From assembly GCF_009914755.1 (NCBI RefSeq), contig NC_060939.1: a stretch of 64,000 nucleotides of DNA, one strand, 5' to 3'. This DNA comes from the human T2T-CHM13v2.0 reference genome, Homo sapiens. Every line of letters starts with the position of its first letter. Within the stretch, counting starts at the first letter, position 1. The position numbers and the translations under genes are program-made. This document shows, piece after piece, positions 16,900 to 37,581 of this stretch. Below the pieces are notes generated by a model. That model made no database searches. It worked only from the letters and a program-made list of their open reading frames with translations, and was not told the origin of the DNA.

Positions 16900-18750
16900 T
16901 TAAGACAGTGACAATTTATTTATTCTATATCTGGTAATTTCACTGAGAAACCTAATGAATAGCCACTTGAAACCATCTGGTGCCACCGAGAAACCATCTG
17001 AAGGACACAGATTTTCTGAGTGTAGGCCACAACCATATTTTAACACTTTTTAAATTCAAAATCAGGGTTTAAATTTTGATATTTTACAATGGCTTCTTTG
17101 ATTCCCTCCCAAGATCCAACCGTTGAGCGTGTGAAAAGGGCTGGAACCCAGGTTACGGCTGTGCTTGGCATGATGATGTCCTGCAGAAATTCCTTTGGCT
17201 TTCTACATGTAGCTCAGCCTCCATATCAGCCAGCTCACTTGGAGGTCAGAGTACTTCTCAAAGATCCTCAGTGTGTTGTTTCATTTTGAGAGGTTTCCAG
17301 CCCTTGTGAGACACCCCTTGGTTTTACAATCACCACGAAGTTGTTTATGATTCCAAAAACATACCTGCCATCTGTCCATATGTTTGTTCTGCAGCTTTTG
17401 ATTTCCTAAAATGCTGTAGTAACTGCAATAAGTTCTACCATCTGGATTAATTTTCACCTCAGTTGGAAGAGTGTATTTTAAGATAAAGATAAAATAGTAA
17501 TAGTATATCCTCCTTGGTAATATCCAGTTCTATACTTTGGGCTATGGTCTGTCAATAAATAATGTTATGTCAGGGTCCTCAATGGAGTGCCTGAACATCT
17601 AAGGAAGGTACAGAAGTTTCCCTAACTAAGATAGAAACCATGGTGAGCACAAGTTTGCTATGCACCCATGTCTCCGGTCTGTCTCACTATGCACCTGACA
17701 CTCATTTTAACCTCACCAGGAAGTCAGTTAACTTCCAAATCAGTTTATTGTAATGCTTCTAGGTAATTATATGTGGCAATTTCTGGCAGAGATGAATAAA
17801 AATATTCACCAGAGAATCTAATACAGAAGAAAGCAAGAGGCCCTGGGCTTGTTTTCATAAAAGCATCATACACCAGGCAGTTGATTCTTTCGGCTGTCGG
17901 CACTGGCACACCCAGCATTCCGGCTTCATCCCTTAAGTAAGCTTCATCGTGCATGGATAGGCTGGAACCTTTCCCGAGGCCATATGCCGATGGATATGCA
18001 GCATTGTACCACATGTCCACAGAGATACAAAATCCCCTATGGGAAGAACGAGGCTGGATCAACGGGACTGGCAGTTTCTCACTGAGAAAATGTGAGGTCA
18101 GCTTCTATGGCGGGCAATTCAGGAAATTACGCAGCAGTTTTGTAATTGATGGTTATGGAAAAATGAACCATTGAGATGACTAATGACTTACATTCCATTA
18201 TTCCAAGTAAGAAATGGACATCACAGTTCGCCGCAACTAAATTTTCATAACCTAAATGGATTACTTTAAACTTCTTCCTACATCTTCTCTTAATAATTTT
18301 TAATAACGAATGTGTCTTACCTATATTCCCAATATTTAAAACTGGGCTGCCAAGAGAGTCTAGAGAATTTGAGAACTAAGAACAGTGAAACTTCTGTATG
18401 TTCAGCAGCTGCCAAAGCAACACAATATTCCCCAGGAACACTGTTCTGTGCTTCAGCACAAATCATGCTTGTGTATTTCCTAATGGCTCCAATAGTGACC
18501 CTCCATTCCCATCAAACATTTGGCCTCCCCTTTCTCCACGTCCCCTCCATTCACACATTATACTCTCAGCTCTGTCTAGGTATCGTAAAAGCCAGCAAAT
18601 GGACCCTCCTGATCTCCTGAACATGAAACCCAACACTATCATGTGATCAGCTTTCTTGGCATGGTGACTTTCAAAGGCATCTCATTTAAATAATCACCAT
18701 TTTTTTCCTTCTGTAACAAACTGTTTCTTTCCATTGTGCCTTCCCATAAG
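16900..18750 (-). mobile_element. Decayed ERV internal (pol) fragment
   Basis: Minus-strand translation near 17330-17450 gives QMVELIAVTTAF*EIKSCRTNIWTDGRYVFG, resembling the retroviral RNase H motifs AELIAL...NIYTDSRYAFG. Confidence 0.55.
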
Positions 18751-19175
18751 CATTTTAACATAATTTACTGTCCGACCGCAGTTATTAATACACACAAATG
18801 CCACAACCTCTTTCTAGCCCAAGAGACCTGATTAATTTTTCTTTGGGGATGAGCACACCCTAGAAACACATCCCATTCACATAAACACGGGCACACCGAT
18901 GACTTGTTCTTTTGTGTAAGCAAGAGTTTACACCATTCTCTGTCCAACTCCATGAGCCCCCGAAGACCAAGACACACTCTTTCACACCAGTGCAAGCTCC
19001 GGCCCAGGGACAGCCTGCTGAGGAATGGGCTCAGCTGGGTCTGGGTGCTGGGTTCATCTCTTCCCCTCTCCTGTCCCATAGCAGGTCCATCACCCTGCTC
19101 AGGTCTGAACAGGAGTGTCTAGGTTTGTCTGGCCATCCGACTTTTTCAATTTTTAGAAGATCTCCTATTACCTAC

Positions 19176-19566
19176 TGTATTCATTTTATAGGGCTTTTAT
19201 AATGAAATACCACAGATTGGATGGCTTACAATACAAAACCAATTTCCTCACACTTATGGAGGATGAAAGCCTAAGATCAAGCTGCCAGCTGGGTGGGTTT
19301 CCTCTGAAGTCTCACTCCCTGGTGTGCAGATGGCGCCTTCTCGCTGTTCTGTGGTAACATGGCCGTCCCTCAGGGCGTGTGCACCCTCCCTCCTGCTTCC
19401 CCTTCTTATAACAACAGTCAGATTGCATTAGGGCCCCACTCCAGGAATCTCACTTTAACTTATTCACCTCTTTAAAAGACACTGATCCAAGTATGATTTC
19501 ATTCTGAAGGACCAAGGGTTGGGACTTCAGCACAAAAATTTAGGAGGGACACAGTCTACCCTAGCA
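19176..19566. mobile_element. MLT1 solo LTR
   Basis: AATACCACAGATTGGATGGCTTA...GATTGCATTAGGGCCCCAC...GGGACTTCAGCAC. Confidence 0.75.
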
Positions 19567-20219
19567 GCCTCCTTCAGGGATGTCAAATATTTTCCTTCGC
19601 TCCCTGTGAAAACCCTAAAGGGGTAGGGAAAGGGCGTCCAACCTGCACGCTCGTAGAGGGGAAACCAGCTTCATTAGTAATCGTACATTTGTGGTAAAAA
19701 GGCAGGATTTGAAGCGGTGGAAGATGGGAGTACGGGGCATTGGAACACAAAGTGCCACACAACGCAGCCTTCGAAACACACTATGGTCATGTTAAGTTTA
19801 AATGGAGTGACCACATTCGCCAGGAAAGGGAAATATTTACACTTTTGAGGAAACAGTAATTTGTGTTTCTGATTATGATCTGGCATTGGATTTTCCCTCC
19901 CCTCATAAGCAATGACAGAATCAGCAGAAATATGTGAAACATTAGTTCTCAGACATGAGACACCCGGAGAGGGCCCCCTCTGTCCTTCCCTGAGAGCTGA
20001 TCAGCTCCTGCATCTGAAGAAATGACCAAAGACCAGGAGAGAACCACACAGAAGCATCGGAGGGACAGCACCTGGGGCTCTCATGGGGTCAGGAATAGTG
20101 TCTGCTCCCAATAGATGGACTAAGTAAAAAGTATCATAATTCACAAGGGTTTTACATAGCACAGAAGAAAAAGTTACCCTATATCAACTGTTGATCTTGT
20201 GAATCCAGGAACTCTGGAT

Positions 20220-20541
20220 TCAAGGTGGTCGGGCACATCTTGATTTAGGCATTTCAGGGACACATGAGACATCAATCAATATAAGTAAGAAGGACACTAG
20301 TTCCATCCAGAAAGGCTGAGACAACTCAAAGCAAGTCCTCCCCACTTAGGGCTTCCAGGTCACAGGTAGGTGAGAGACAGATGGTTGCATTCTTTTGAGT
20401 TTCTGATAAGTGTTTGCAAAGGAGGTCATGAGAATATTCATCTGTCTCTGTGAGCAGAGGGACAACTTTAAATAGACTGGGAGGCAGATTTGCCCTGAGT
20501 GGTTCTCAGCTTGATGGGGCCCAAGATATTTTCCTTTCACA
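20220..20541 (-). mobile_element. MER4-type LTR fragment
   Basis: CATGAGACATCAATCAATAT...CCCAAGATATTTTCCTTTCACA. Confidence 0.7.
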
Positions 20542-21141
20542 ATCTGGTAACTTCAAACAAAACTTCAAAGCCACAACAAAACAATACAACAACAAAAAGA
20601 ATAAGACATGGGTACTTATTAAGAGTAGAAAAACATTCAGTCCCCAAGGAAAATATTGGCAGTGCCCACCTCCACATGACAAAGGAGTAAGCAGTGTAAG
20701 CCACAGAAAGGAGCATATTAACCCACAGAGTGACCGAGAATAACACGGGTGATGCGAGGGCATTGAACACACATCATTGCATTTTGTAGATTCAGAAAGC
20801 AACAGAAAAGATTGACGGTGGTAAAAGAGACAGCCCTGCTTCCCTCTCCCTTTTCCCTTCCCAATGAGCCCTCACAGCCGTGACCCTCAGCCTCATCCCG
20901 CAGTGCAGCAGCTGCCGTCCTGTCCAGACCCACCTCCTGCCCCTCCCTGGGACTGTTACCTCATTCCCTCCCAGAGTCCAGGTGCCCCGCGGTGTGGTGC
21001 GGGAGCCTGGGGAGGCCCTTTGTTCTCTGTCAGGGTCTCCCTGGGAGGGACGCAGCCACCGCAGCTGGTTGGGGCCTGGCTTCACCGAGGACAGTCCTTT
21101 CCTTTCCCATTGTCGTTGGGTAATTATTGCTGGGCTGGGAC

Positions 21142-23331
21142 ATGAGGCAGGCAGAGGTGCGGGTCACCCTTAGGGCCCCCCTCTTCCTGCTGGGGCTCTG
21201 GGCGCTCCTGGCTCCAGTCCGGTGTTCTCAAGGCCGTCCCTTGTGGCACTACGCCTCCTCCGAGGTGGTGATTCCCAGGAAGGAGACGCACCACGGCAAA
21301 GGCCTTCAGTTTCCCGGCTGGCTGTCCCACAGCCTGCGTTTTGGGGGTCAAAGACACGTCATTCACATGCGGAGGAAACACCTTCTTTGGCCCAGACATC
21401 TGCTGGTGACAACTCAGGATGACCAAGGAGCCTTGCCGATGGATGGCCCCTACATTCCACCAGACTGCTACTACCTCGGCTACCTGGAGGAGGTGCCTCA
21501 GTCCATGGTCACCATCGACACGTGCTATGGGGGCCTCAGAGGCATCATGAAGCTGGACGACCTTGCCTACGAAATCAAACCCCTCCAGGATTCCCGCAGG
21601 TTTGAACATGTTGTTTCTCAGATAGTGGCTGAGCCCAATGCAACGGTGCCCACATTTAGAGATGGTGACAATGAGGAGACAGACCCCCTGTTCTCTGAAG
21701 CAAATAACAGCATGAATCCCAGGATATCTAATTCGCTGTATAGTTCTCATAGAGGCAATATAAAGGGCCACGTTCAATGTTCCAATTCATATTATCATAT
21801 ATATGGCAATATTACCACCTGTTCCAAAGAGGTGGTCCAGATGTTCAGTCTCATTGACAGCATTGTTCAAAATATTGATCTGTGGTACTATATTTATCTT
21901 TTGACCATATATAATAATCGTGACCCAGCCCCTGTGAATCAATATCGAATTCAGAGTGCAATGTTTACCTATTTTAAAACAACCTTTTTTGATACTTTTC
22001 ATGTTCATTCATCCACACTACTTATTAAAGACGCACCACATGAATCCAACTATGAACCTGAAAGGTATAGCTTCTGTACACATTTAGGCCTATTACACAT
22101 TGGTACTCTAGGCAGACATTATTTATTGGTAGCCATCATAATAACCCAGACACAGATGAGAAGTATTGGTCTGGAGTATGATGATAACTACTGCACATGT
22201 TAGAGAAGGGCCTCCTGCATTATGCAGAGATTTCCTGGGATGACAGATGCATTCAGTAACTGTTCTTATGGACATGCACGAAATTGTTTTATACGTCCAG
22301 GCCGGTGTGTTTTCAAAACACTTTCTCCTGTGTATAATGAAACCATGACAACGGTTCGCTGTGGAAACCTCATAGTGGAGGGGAGGGAGGAATGTGACTG
22401 TGGCTCCTTCAAGCAGTGTTATGCCAGTTATTGCTGCCAAAGTGACTGTCACTTAACACCGGGGAGCACCTGTCATATAGGAGAGTGCTGTACAAACTTC
22501 AGCTTCTCCCCACCAGGGACTCTCTGCAGACCTATCCAAAATATATGTGACCTTCCAGAGTACTGTCACGGGACCACCGTGACATGCCCAGCAAACTTTT
22601 ATATGCAAGATGGAACCCTGTGCATGGAAGAAGGCTACTGTTATCATGGGAACTGCACTGACCGCAATGTGCTCTGCAAGGCGATGTTTGGTGTCAGTGC
22701 TGAGGATGCTCCTAAGGTCTGCTATGACATAAATCTTGAAAGCTACCGATTTGGACATTGTATTAGACAACAAACATATCTCAGCTACCAGGCTTGTACA
22801 GGAATAGATAAGTTTTGTGGAGGACTGCAGTGTACCAATGTGACCCATCTTCCCCAGCTGCAGGAACATGTTTCATTCCATCACTCAGTGAGAGGAGGGT
22901 TTCAGTGTTTTAGACTGGATGAACACCATGCAACAGACATGACTGATGTTGGGCGTGTGATAGATGGCACTCCTTGTGTTCATGGAAACTTCTGTAATAA
23001 CACCCGGTGCAATGCAACTATCACTTCACTGGGCTACGACTGTCGCCTTGAGAAGTGCAGTCATAGAGGGGTCTGCAACAACAGAAGGAACTGCCATTGC
23101 CATATAGGCTGGGATCCTCCACTGTGCCTAAGAAGAGGTGCTGGTGGGAGTGTCGACAGCGGGCCACCTCCAAAAAGAACATGTTCTCTCAGACAAAGCC
23201 AACAATCAGAGATGTATCTGAGAGTGGTCTTTGGTCGTATTTACGCCTTCATAATTGCACTGCTCTTTGGGACAGCCACAAATGTGCAAACTTATCAGGA
23301 CCACCACCGGTTAGGAAGAGACAGTTACTAA
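21142..23331 (+). pseudogene. ADAM6: ADAM6 paralog (intronless, non-catalytic testis ADAM) with one nonsense codon
   Basis: Signal peptide and prodomain (DCYYLGYLEEVPQSMV), metalloprotease-like domain without HEXXH (QTQMRSIGLEYD), TAG at 22201-22203; same frame continues through disintegrin (CGNLIVEGREECDCG, CDLPEYC), Cys-rich, EGF (CSHRGVCNNRRNCHC) and TM (IYAFIIALLFG); AATAAA at 23548-23553; position upstream of IGHV(II)-1-1 as in IGH. Confidence 0.93.
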
Positions 23332-26259
23332 CCCTGAATAAGACTAATTCAGCCTCCCGATCCCTGTAAAGATACAGAGAATATAACAGCAAAATCTATG
23401 AAATAGGATCAGGCGAAGGGATGGCAAAGCTCAAGTCCACATTTCTTGAAGTCCACAGGAGGCACATGGTCCTGTCTCACGTCACAGGGAAAGGGGAGGC
23501 ATTGGCTTCTATCCCAGGTTCTTGTAGGTCGCTGATGTTCACTCTGAAATAAATCTTCAAAAACACACATTGGTGCCTTCCACATTTTCTTAGACTCCTC
23601 TGGGAGCCCAAACTTGGCCAGAACCTCTGGCCTGGAGAGACATGAATGAGCATCTGGCTCTTGACCTGAGGTCGCTGGTCCCGGAATTAACGGAAGTTGC
23701 CACCAGCTCCTTACAGGGCACGTTCATGACATTTCTCCAGAAGAGAGCTCCAGAGCAATAAGCTTCCTCATTCCCCAGGTAATCAGTCCTTCTCTAAACC
23801 CGAAGTCAGTTTAGGGTGATCCAGGGCTACTCCCTGTTCCCTGTCTGTTCCTTACAGGGGTGCTGTGGGCTTTGCAGTGAGAGGGACTTGGGTTCAAATC
23901 CCCCACCAAGCAAATCCCCCTACCTGGGGCCGAGCTTCCCGTATGTGGGAAAATGAATCCCTCAGGTTGATTGCTGCAAGCAATGAAATTCAACTAGAAA
24001 AATAGGTAGACGTGAGGGCAAGCTGTCTGTCATTTAGTGTGAGCTCTGTGAGTGGCAGCTGCCCCCTTTCTTCTTGCCCCCACATTTTCTTGAACTGAAA
24101 CAGGAAGGGAAGCTGAGTAAGTCATGATGAGGAAGAGAAACCAGGCTTGTAGCAGCACAGGCTGGTCTGGGTGGAAAACAGGGCTAGGTGTGTCGCTAAG
24201 TTGTTGTAAAGGAAAATGGAAGTTAAATGTATAAATAACTGAATGAGATAACATTTTATTTTAACTTACAATTCACAATAATATTGACGTTTAAAATGCA
24301 GTGTAGATATGTCACAGAGAATGTCAAAGGCAAAGCCCACCAACGGAAGATATCACCCTTCCCATACCATCAACAGAAAACTGCTGGTATTCTAGAGTAG
24401 TACTGAGATCTAGCATTTTTCTGAATACATCTGTGGTTCTAGATGTCCTGCTTCCACAGATATTGTTTAGAATTCCCACCCCTTTCTCCAAACACAGCTT
24501 GATATCCTTTCTCTGAACCTGCTTAGAAATTTCCTCCATTCAGCTGTCATAAAAATGCGAGTAATGCATTCCTGTGCCTCTCTCAGGGTGTTCTATTATT
24601 TTGTGGGTGAACGCTAATGGACAGTGAAGTGTGAGGTCAGTGAATACAATGCCCTCGCCCTGTGTGTCCTTCGGGTGTGAGGGGTTTTGCTGATAGAACA
24701 GCAGGCCCCGTCCCACCCTTTATGCATCTCCACCCTCCACCTCATGCACCCAGCTGACCTCTTCCCTGTGGCCTGGGGGGTTCCCTGGGGGAATGACCTC
24801 CCCTCTCTCCAGGGCCCACCCACTCAGTGCCCGTGCAAGACCACCAAGCTTGGCACAGCCCCACATTGTGTCAGGGCCTGTGTCCCCTTCCTCACCCCCT
24901 AAACAGATGGACCCACTGGGACACTGCTCAGCGCAGGGGGCGGTGGTATGTGCAGAAGGAAGGCAAATGTGCACTCTGTTGGAGAAATATTATAGGTAGT
25001 TTGAGCAAAAAATCTAATGCCATGTGAACTTTTAGAATGATACATATTTTAACAAAGAACATGACCAATAGAGTTTGTATTGAAGCCAGGTAAACACTAT
25101 TTAGAGCAACAACAATATCAAAAACAAGCCAACAGTTCACCAAGAAAAACCACAATTAACCCCATGGAAATGGTCTTCCAAGAGCATCAGCACTTAAATC
25201 CTCGAAATCTGCCTGCCTCAGCACCTGTTGTCCTGACCTGCCCTCCTGTGTGTCCTAATCACTCCTATACACGGGGCCTGCACTGTGGGAGATTCGAGCT
25301 GTGCCAGGTGGAGGGAGCAGGACAACTGCTACCGGGTTGTTGGTGTGGATGCCGAGGCTACCCAAGCAGGTGTAAACTCCCACCTGTGGGCCAGGGAAGA
25401 GTACACAGGAGACATGTCCTGGGAATAGGGTGAGGGAGAGCTGTGGGGGCTCTGGGTTCTGAAGAGGGTTCTGGCCTGGCAGGGATAAGACCAACCAGCA
25501 TGTGAGGCCAGGCTGGAGTCTGGACTTCTGAAGCTGCAAGGGTCGTGGGTTGCTTGGCCCAAGGGGCTGTCCTGGTTCTCTATGGAGCACTTTCAAACAT
25601 TCCTTCTTCCTCCCACCCCCTCCTTCTCTCTTTCTGGGGTGGGTCCTCTGCCAGAGCCTGCAACTCCCAAATCCTCTTTGCCGGGTCCTCGGCTTCACTC
25701 TGCATCCGTCCTGAGCATCGATCTTCCAATTCCATCCTCTTCTCTTCTGCTGTGTCTAAGCTGCTGTGAAGCCACCTGCTGTAATTTACTGTTTTATATT
25801 TAATATTGTACCGTACATCTGTTCTGTTTCCTTCATCATAAACGCTTCATTTCACACTCAGCATCTGGGAACACAAGGCCTTGTCAGCTGTCACCTCCTT
25901 CCATTCTCTGTTTCCTTCCTCCTCTCCCCATGTTTGCTCATCATGGCCAGTCTCCTGCCATCCTGAATGCTTCTGATGGAAGGTCCAAGATGTCTCATGA
26001 GCATTGTGAAGATTCTTTGTAATGCGACCTTGTTCCAGGCAGGAATTCTCCCTCACCCACCCCTGGAAGCCAAGTATAGGGAGATTGCCATGTTTAATCA
26101 AAGACTGAGCTAACTTAACACTGGCTTTGGTTTTAAGGTTTCTCCAATCCCCAGGGCACAGGATTTCAGGGAGTTCAGGTGACAGTCTGGGTGTTACCCT
26201 TCAGGAGGTTGTAAAGACCATTTCACATAGTTTACACCACAGACTATGGAAACTATATA

Positions 26260-28110
26260 TATATATATCTAGTGCTGTCCCTCTAGAGAACCCTAGTATG
26301 TATATATATAATATATAATATGTATTATATATTATATATATGTAGGAGTTTATTGAGGAGTATTAAACTCACACAACTGCAAGGTCCCACAGTAGGCCAC
26401 CTGCAAGCTGAGGAGCAAGGAAGCCAGTCCGAATCCCAAAGCTGAAGAATTTGAAGTCTGATGTTCGAGGGCAGGAAGCATCCAGCACAGGAGAAAGATG
26501 TAGGCTGGGAGGCTAAGCCAGTCTAGTCTTTTCATGTTTTCTGCCTGCTTTATACCCTGGCCACACTGGCAGCTGATTAGATGGTGCCCACCAAGATTAA
26601 GGGTAGGTCTGCCTTTCCCAGCTCACTGGCTCAAATGTTAATCTCCTTTGGCAACACCCTCACAGACACACCCAGGATCAATACTTTGCATGCTTCAATC
26701 CAATCAAGTTGACACTCAGTATTAACCATCACAAGTCCAACCCTTGTCAACTTGAACCCATACGAATCTCCTGAGATCATACATAATCTTCAAATAAAGA
26801 CAATAATAAGGTCATAATTACACCTAATGTAATACAACTATCTTTTGTACAACCAGAAATGCACCAATCCCCAACCCAAGTGCTATTATGTAAAGTTAAG
26901 AACACTTAAATGCTGATATGAAGTCAATAAATTTTATGTCACATGATAAAGGAAAAAAGAAATAAAATGAAGGAATTTTCTTAGTACAAGTGTGTACATG
27001 CACAAACATGTTTTTAACAAAAGAAGAAGGAAATACTGATGACAATTACAGTCCTCATTTCTGCAACAGATCACGTGGTTGTAGCTGGTATTGATGACTA
27101 CTTCTTCTACTACCGATTCTGTATTCCCTTTGCCTTCAGCAAGCATCACAGCAGGTAGAGTTTTTTCTCCTAGTGGAGTGATGCAAACCTTCATTCCTGA
27201 AGGGTCTGGGCCATTTGTAGTCCTGCCTGGATTGGGCTGTTGTAGTTTCCCGTTGACCTTAATGACAGGGCAGGGTAATGTTAAGAGATGCCCTAATGGA
27301 TCTCCTGTATTCCATACATATTCTTCCTTACCTCCATTGTGGAGTAATAGACTGATTGCATCTTGATAGTTCAGGTCAATCAGCCCAGTCAACACTGTAA
27401 CTCCCTTCTTAGCCTGTGGACTTGAAGGTAGGAGCGGCCCAAAGTGGCCAGGTGGAAATCTTAACTTCCAGTTTAATGGAATTGTTGTTGTTTCTCCTGA
27501 TGGCAGCATTATTCCCACTGGAATTAAGACCTCTAGGCCAACAGAATGTAATGTCATGGGACCAGGAAGCAAAAATTTTGCTAGGGGATCACTAGGGGTG
27601 ATGGTGAATGGTGCCATTTCCACTCCCACCCCTTGATTCCTGGATCCATGAATTATGGCTATGGGAGAAACAGTACCATATGTTGGATGCTAATTTGGAG
27701 CATACATGGCCTTTTGGATAGCTTTGCCCCAGCTCTGCAAAGTATTGGAGCCTAGTTGGCATTGTAATTGTGATTTTGAAAGGCCATTCCATTCTTCTAT
27801 CAATCCAGCTGCTTCAGGATGATGGGGAACATGGTAAGACAAGTGAATCCCATGAGCATGAGCCCACTGCCACACTTCTTTAGCCGTAAAGGGAGTGCCT
27901 TGGTCAGAGGCAATGCTATATGGAATACTGTGACAGTGGATAAGGCATTCCATGACTCCACAGATGGTAGTCTTGGCAGAAGCATTGCATGCATATCTGC
28001 AGTAAGTGTCTATTTCAGTGAGGACAAACCTCTGCCCTTTCCAGGATGGAAGAGGTCCAATATAATCCAACCTGCCATCAGGTAGCTCGCTGATCACCCT
28101 GAGGAATGGT
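26260..28110 (-). mobile_element. HERV-L fragment: MLT2A LTR (~26260-26731) plus integrase and dUTPase region
   Basis: ORF 26934..27629 dUTPase-like (IPLNWKLRFPPGHFG...GLIDLNYQ); ORF 27690..28226 integrase (DYIGPLP...SDQGTPFTA...HHPEAAGLIE). Confidence 0.9.
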
Positions 28111-29794
28111 GTCATTTGGGTAGAGACCCACAGCCAAACCAGATCACGCCACCCCAACCCCTCCCAAATCTCATGTCCTCTTTGCATTTCAAAACCAATC
28201 GTGCCTTCCCAACAGTCCCCCAACATCTTAACTCATTTCAGCATTAACTCAAAAGTCCAAATCCAAAGTCACATTGGAGACAAGGCAAGTCCCTTTCATC
28301 TATGAACCTGTAAAATGAAAAACAAGTCAGTTACTTCCAAGACAAAATGGGGGTACAGGCATTAGATACATGCTCCCATTTCAGTTGGGAGAAATGGGCC
28401 AGAATAAAGGGGCTACAGGTCACATGCAAGCCCAAACTCCAGTGGGGCAGTCATGAAATCTTAAAGCTTCAAAATAATCTCCTTTGACTCCATTCCTCAC
28501 ATTCAGGGCATGCTTATGCAAAGTGGGGGCTCCCACAACCTTGGGAAGCTCTCACCCTGTGGCTTTGCAGCTCTGATCCCATGGCTGCTCTCATGGGCTT
28601 TGCAGAGTTCAGCCCTCCTGGCTGCTCTCATTGAGTGCCTGCAGCTTTTCCAGGTGCACAGTGCAAGCTGTTAATAGATCTACCATTCTGGGGTCTGAAG
28701 GATGGTGGCCCTCTTCTCACAACCCCATTAGTCACTGTCTCCGGTGGGGACTCTGTGTGGGGGTTCCAACCCCACATTTCCCTTCTGCACTGCCCTAGCA
28801 GAGGCTCTCCATGAGGGCTTTGCCCCTGGCACAGACTTCTGGCTGGACATCCAGTCATTTCTATAAATCCTCTGAGATCTAGGCAGAGGATCACAAAGCT
28901 GAACTCTTCTCTTCTGCACACCCATAGGCCCAACATCATGTAGAAGCCACCAATGATTGGGGCTTTCTGAAGCAATGGCCTGAGCTGTACATTGGACTTT
29001 TTTAGCCACAGCTAGACCTGGAGCAGCTGGGACACAGGGCACCAAGTCCCAAGGCTCCAAAGAGCAGCTGGGCCCTGGACCCAGCCCATGAAACCATTTT
29101 TCCCTGATAGGCCTCCAGGCCTGTGATTGGAAGGGCTGCTGCAAAGATCTCTGACATGGCCTGGAAACATTTTCCCCATTGTCTTGGTTATTAATATTCA
29201 TCTCTTCATTATTTATGCAAATTTCTGCAGCCAACTTGAATTTCTCCCTAGCAAATGTGTTTTTCTTTACTACCACATGGCCAGGCTGCAAACTTTCCAA
29301 ACTTTTATGCTCTGTTTCCCTTTTAAACATAAGTTCCTATTTCAGATCATCTCTCTCAAGGGCAAAGTTCCACAGATTTCTAGGGCAGGGAAAAATTCCA
29401 TCAAGCTTGGTTTTATACAGGCATGAGACATCAATCAAATACATTTAAGAGATACATTGGTTTGGTCCAGAAAGGTGGAACAACTCAAAGCGAGGGCTTC
29501 CAGGCTATTGGTGAATTTAAACATTTTCTGGTTGACAATTGGTTGAGTTTGTCTAAAGACCTGGGATAGATAGAAAGGTAATGTTCAGGTTAAGATAAAG
29601 ATTCTAGAGTCCAAAGTTCTTTTGAAGTCTTATAGTGGCTGCCCTTAGAGATAATAGGTGACAAATGTTTCCTATTCAGATCTTAGTTCAACTCTTTAGG
29701 ATTGGGAGGTTCTAGAAGAAAAAGATCTAGCCATGTTAATAGAGATTCTTTACAGATGCAAATTTTCCCCCACAAAGAACAGCTTTGCAGGGCC

Positions 29795-29795
<1 letters not shown>

Positions 29796-29845
<50 letters not shown>

Positions 29846-29910
29846 TTCTTTCTCTTTCCTTCCTTCCTTCCTTCCTTCCTTCCTTCCTTCCTTCCTTCCT
29901 TCCTTCCTTC

Positions 29911-29943
<33 letters not shown>

Positions 29944-30226
29944 TTAGAGGGAGTTTTGCTCTTGTTGCCCAGGCTGGAGTACAATGGCACGATCTTGTCT
30001 CACCACAACCTCCACTGCCTGGGTTCAAGCAATTCTCCTGCCTCAGTCTCCTGAGTAGCTACGATTACAGGCATGCACCACCACACCCGGCTAATTCTGT
30101 ATTTTCAGTAGACACAGGGTTTCTCCATGTTGGTGAGGCTGGTCTCGAACTCCCAACCTCAGGTGATCCGCCCACCTCAGCCTCTCAAAGTGCTGGGATT
30201 ACAGGCATGAGCCACCATGCCCGGCC
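29796..30226 (-). mobile_element. AluS with expanded (CTTT)n/(CCTT)n/(CT)n tail
   Basis: Dimeric Alu; flanking TGCAGGGCC duplicated. Confidence 0.92.
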
Positions 30227-30964
30227 TGCAGGGCCATCTCAGAGTATGGCAAAGAAACATGTTTTGGGGTAAAATATTTTGATTTTCTTATTTGTCTCAT
30301 AATGTTATGCCAGAGTCAGTTTGGAAAGTAAATCATGATATATAGGTTTAAATAAAACCTATCTGATGAGAATTTATGATTTGTAGAGCATGCCTCCCCA
30401 GACTCTTTAGATAGGAATTTGGGCAAGATAAAAAAAAAATCAGAGTTTAGTCCTCACCATCTAAGACCAGCTCAGCTTGGACTTCGCTGTTCATGTCACT
30501 ATCAGCATTTTAGTCAAAACCACTCAATAAGTCTCTAGGAAGTTCCAAACTTTCCCACATCTTCCCCTCTTCTTTCAAGTTCTCCAAACTGTTCCAACCT
30601 CTGTCAGGAGGTACCCGGTTCCAAAGTTGCTTCCAGATTTTCAGTTATCTTTATAACAGTTCCCCACTCCTGGTACCAATTTACTATATTAGTCTGTTTT
30701 CACAGTGCTATAAAGAACTGCCCAAAAGTGGATAATTTGTAAAGAAAAGAGGTTTAATTGACTCACAGTTCTGTGTGGTTAGGGTCGGGGGCTCAGGAAA
30801 CTTGCAATCATGGTGGAAGTGGAAGCAGGCATGTGACACATGGCAGCAGGTGAGAGACAGAGAGAGAGAGAGAAAGAGAGAGAGAGGGAATGAAGGAGGA
30901 ACCACCATACATTGATAAAACCATCAGATCACATGAGCACTCACTCACTATCAGGAGACCATGA

Positions 30965-31338
<374 letters not shown>

Positions 31339-31426
31339 GAGGATTACTATTTGAGATGAGATTTGTTTAATGACACAGAGCAAAACCACATCAGCATGTG
31401 ACAAAGGTCTAATATCAAGAATCTAT

Positions 31427-37581
<6,155 letters not shown>

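Noticed and set aside
17745-18062. 105-aa ORF with a vague zinc-protease-like stretch (AYGLGKGSSLSMHDE)
   Set aside because: No HEXXH or Cys pattern; it lies within decayed ERV internal sequence.
21124-21777. 217-aa minus-strand ORF
   Set aside because: Antisense shadow of the ADAM6 reading frame.
26934-29330. Long ORFs (231, 178 and 200 aa) as domesticated retroviral genes
   Set aside because: Fragmentary HERV-L dUTPase/integrase and MaLR-internal ORFs with frameshifts and nested insertions.
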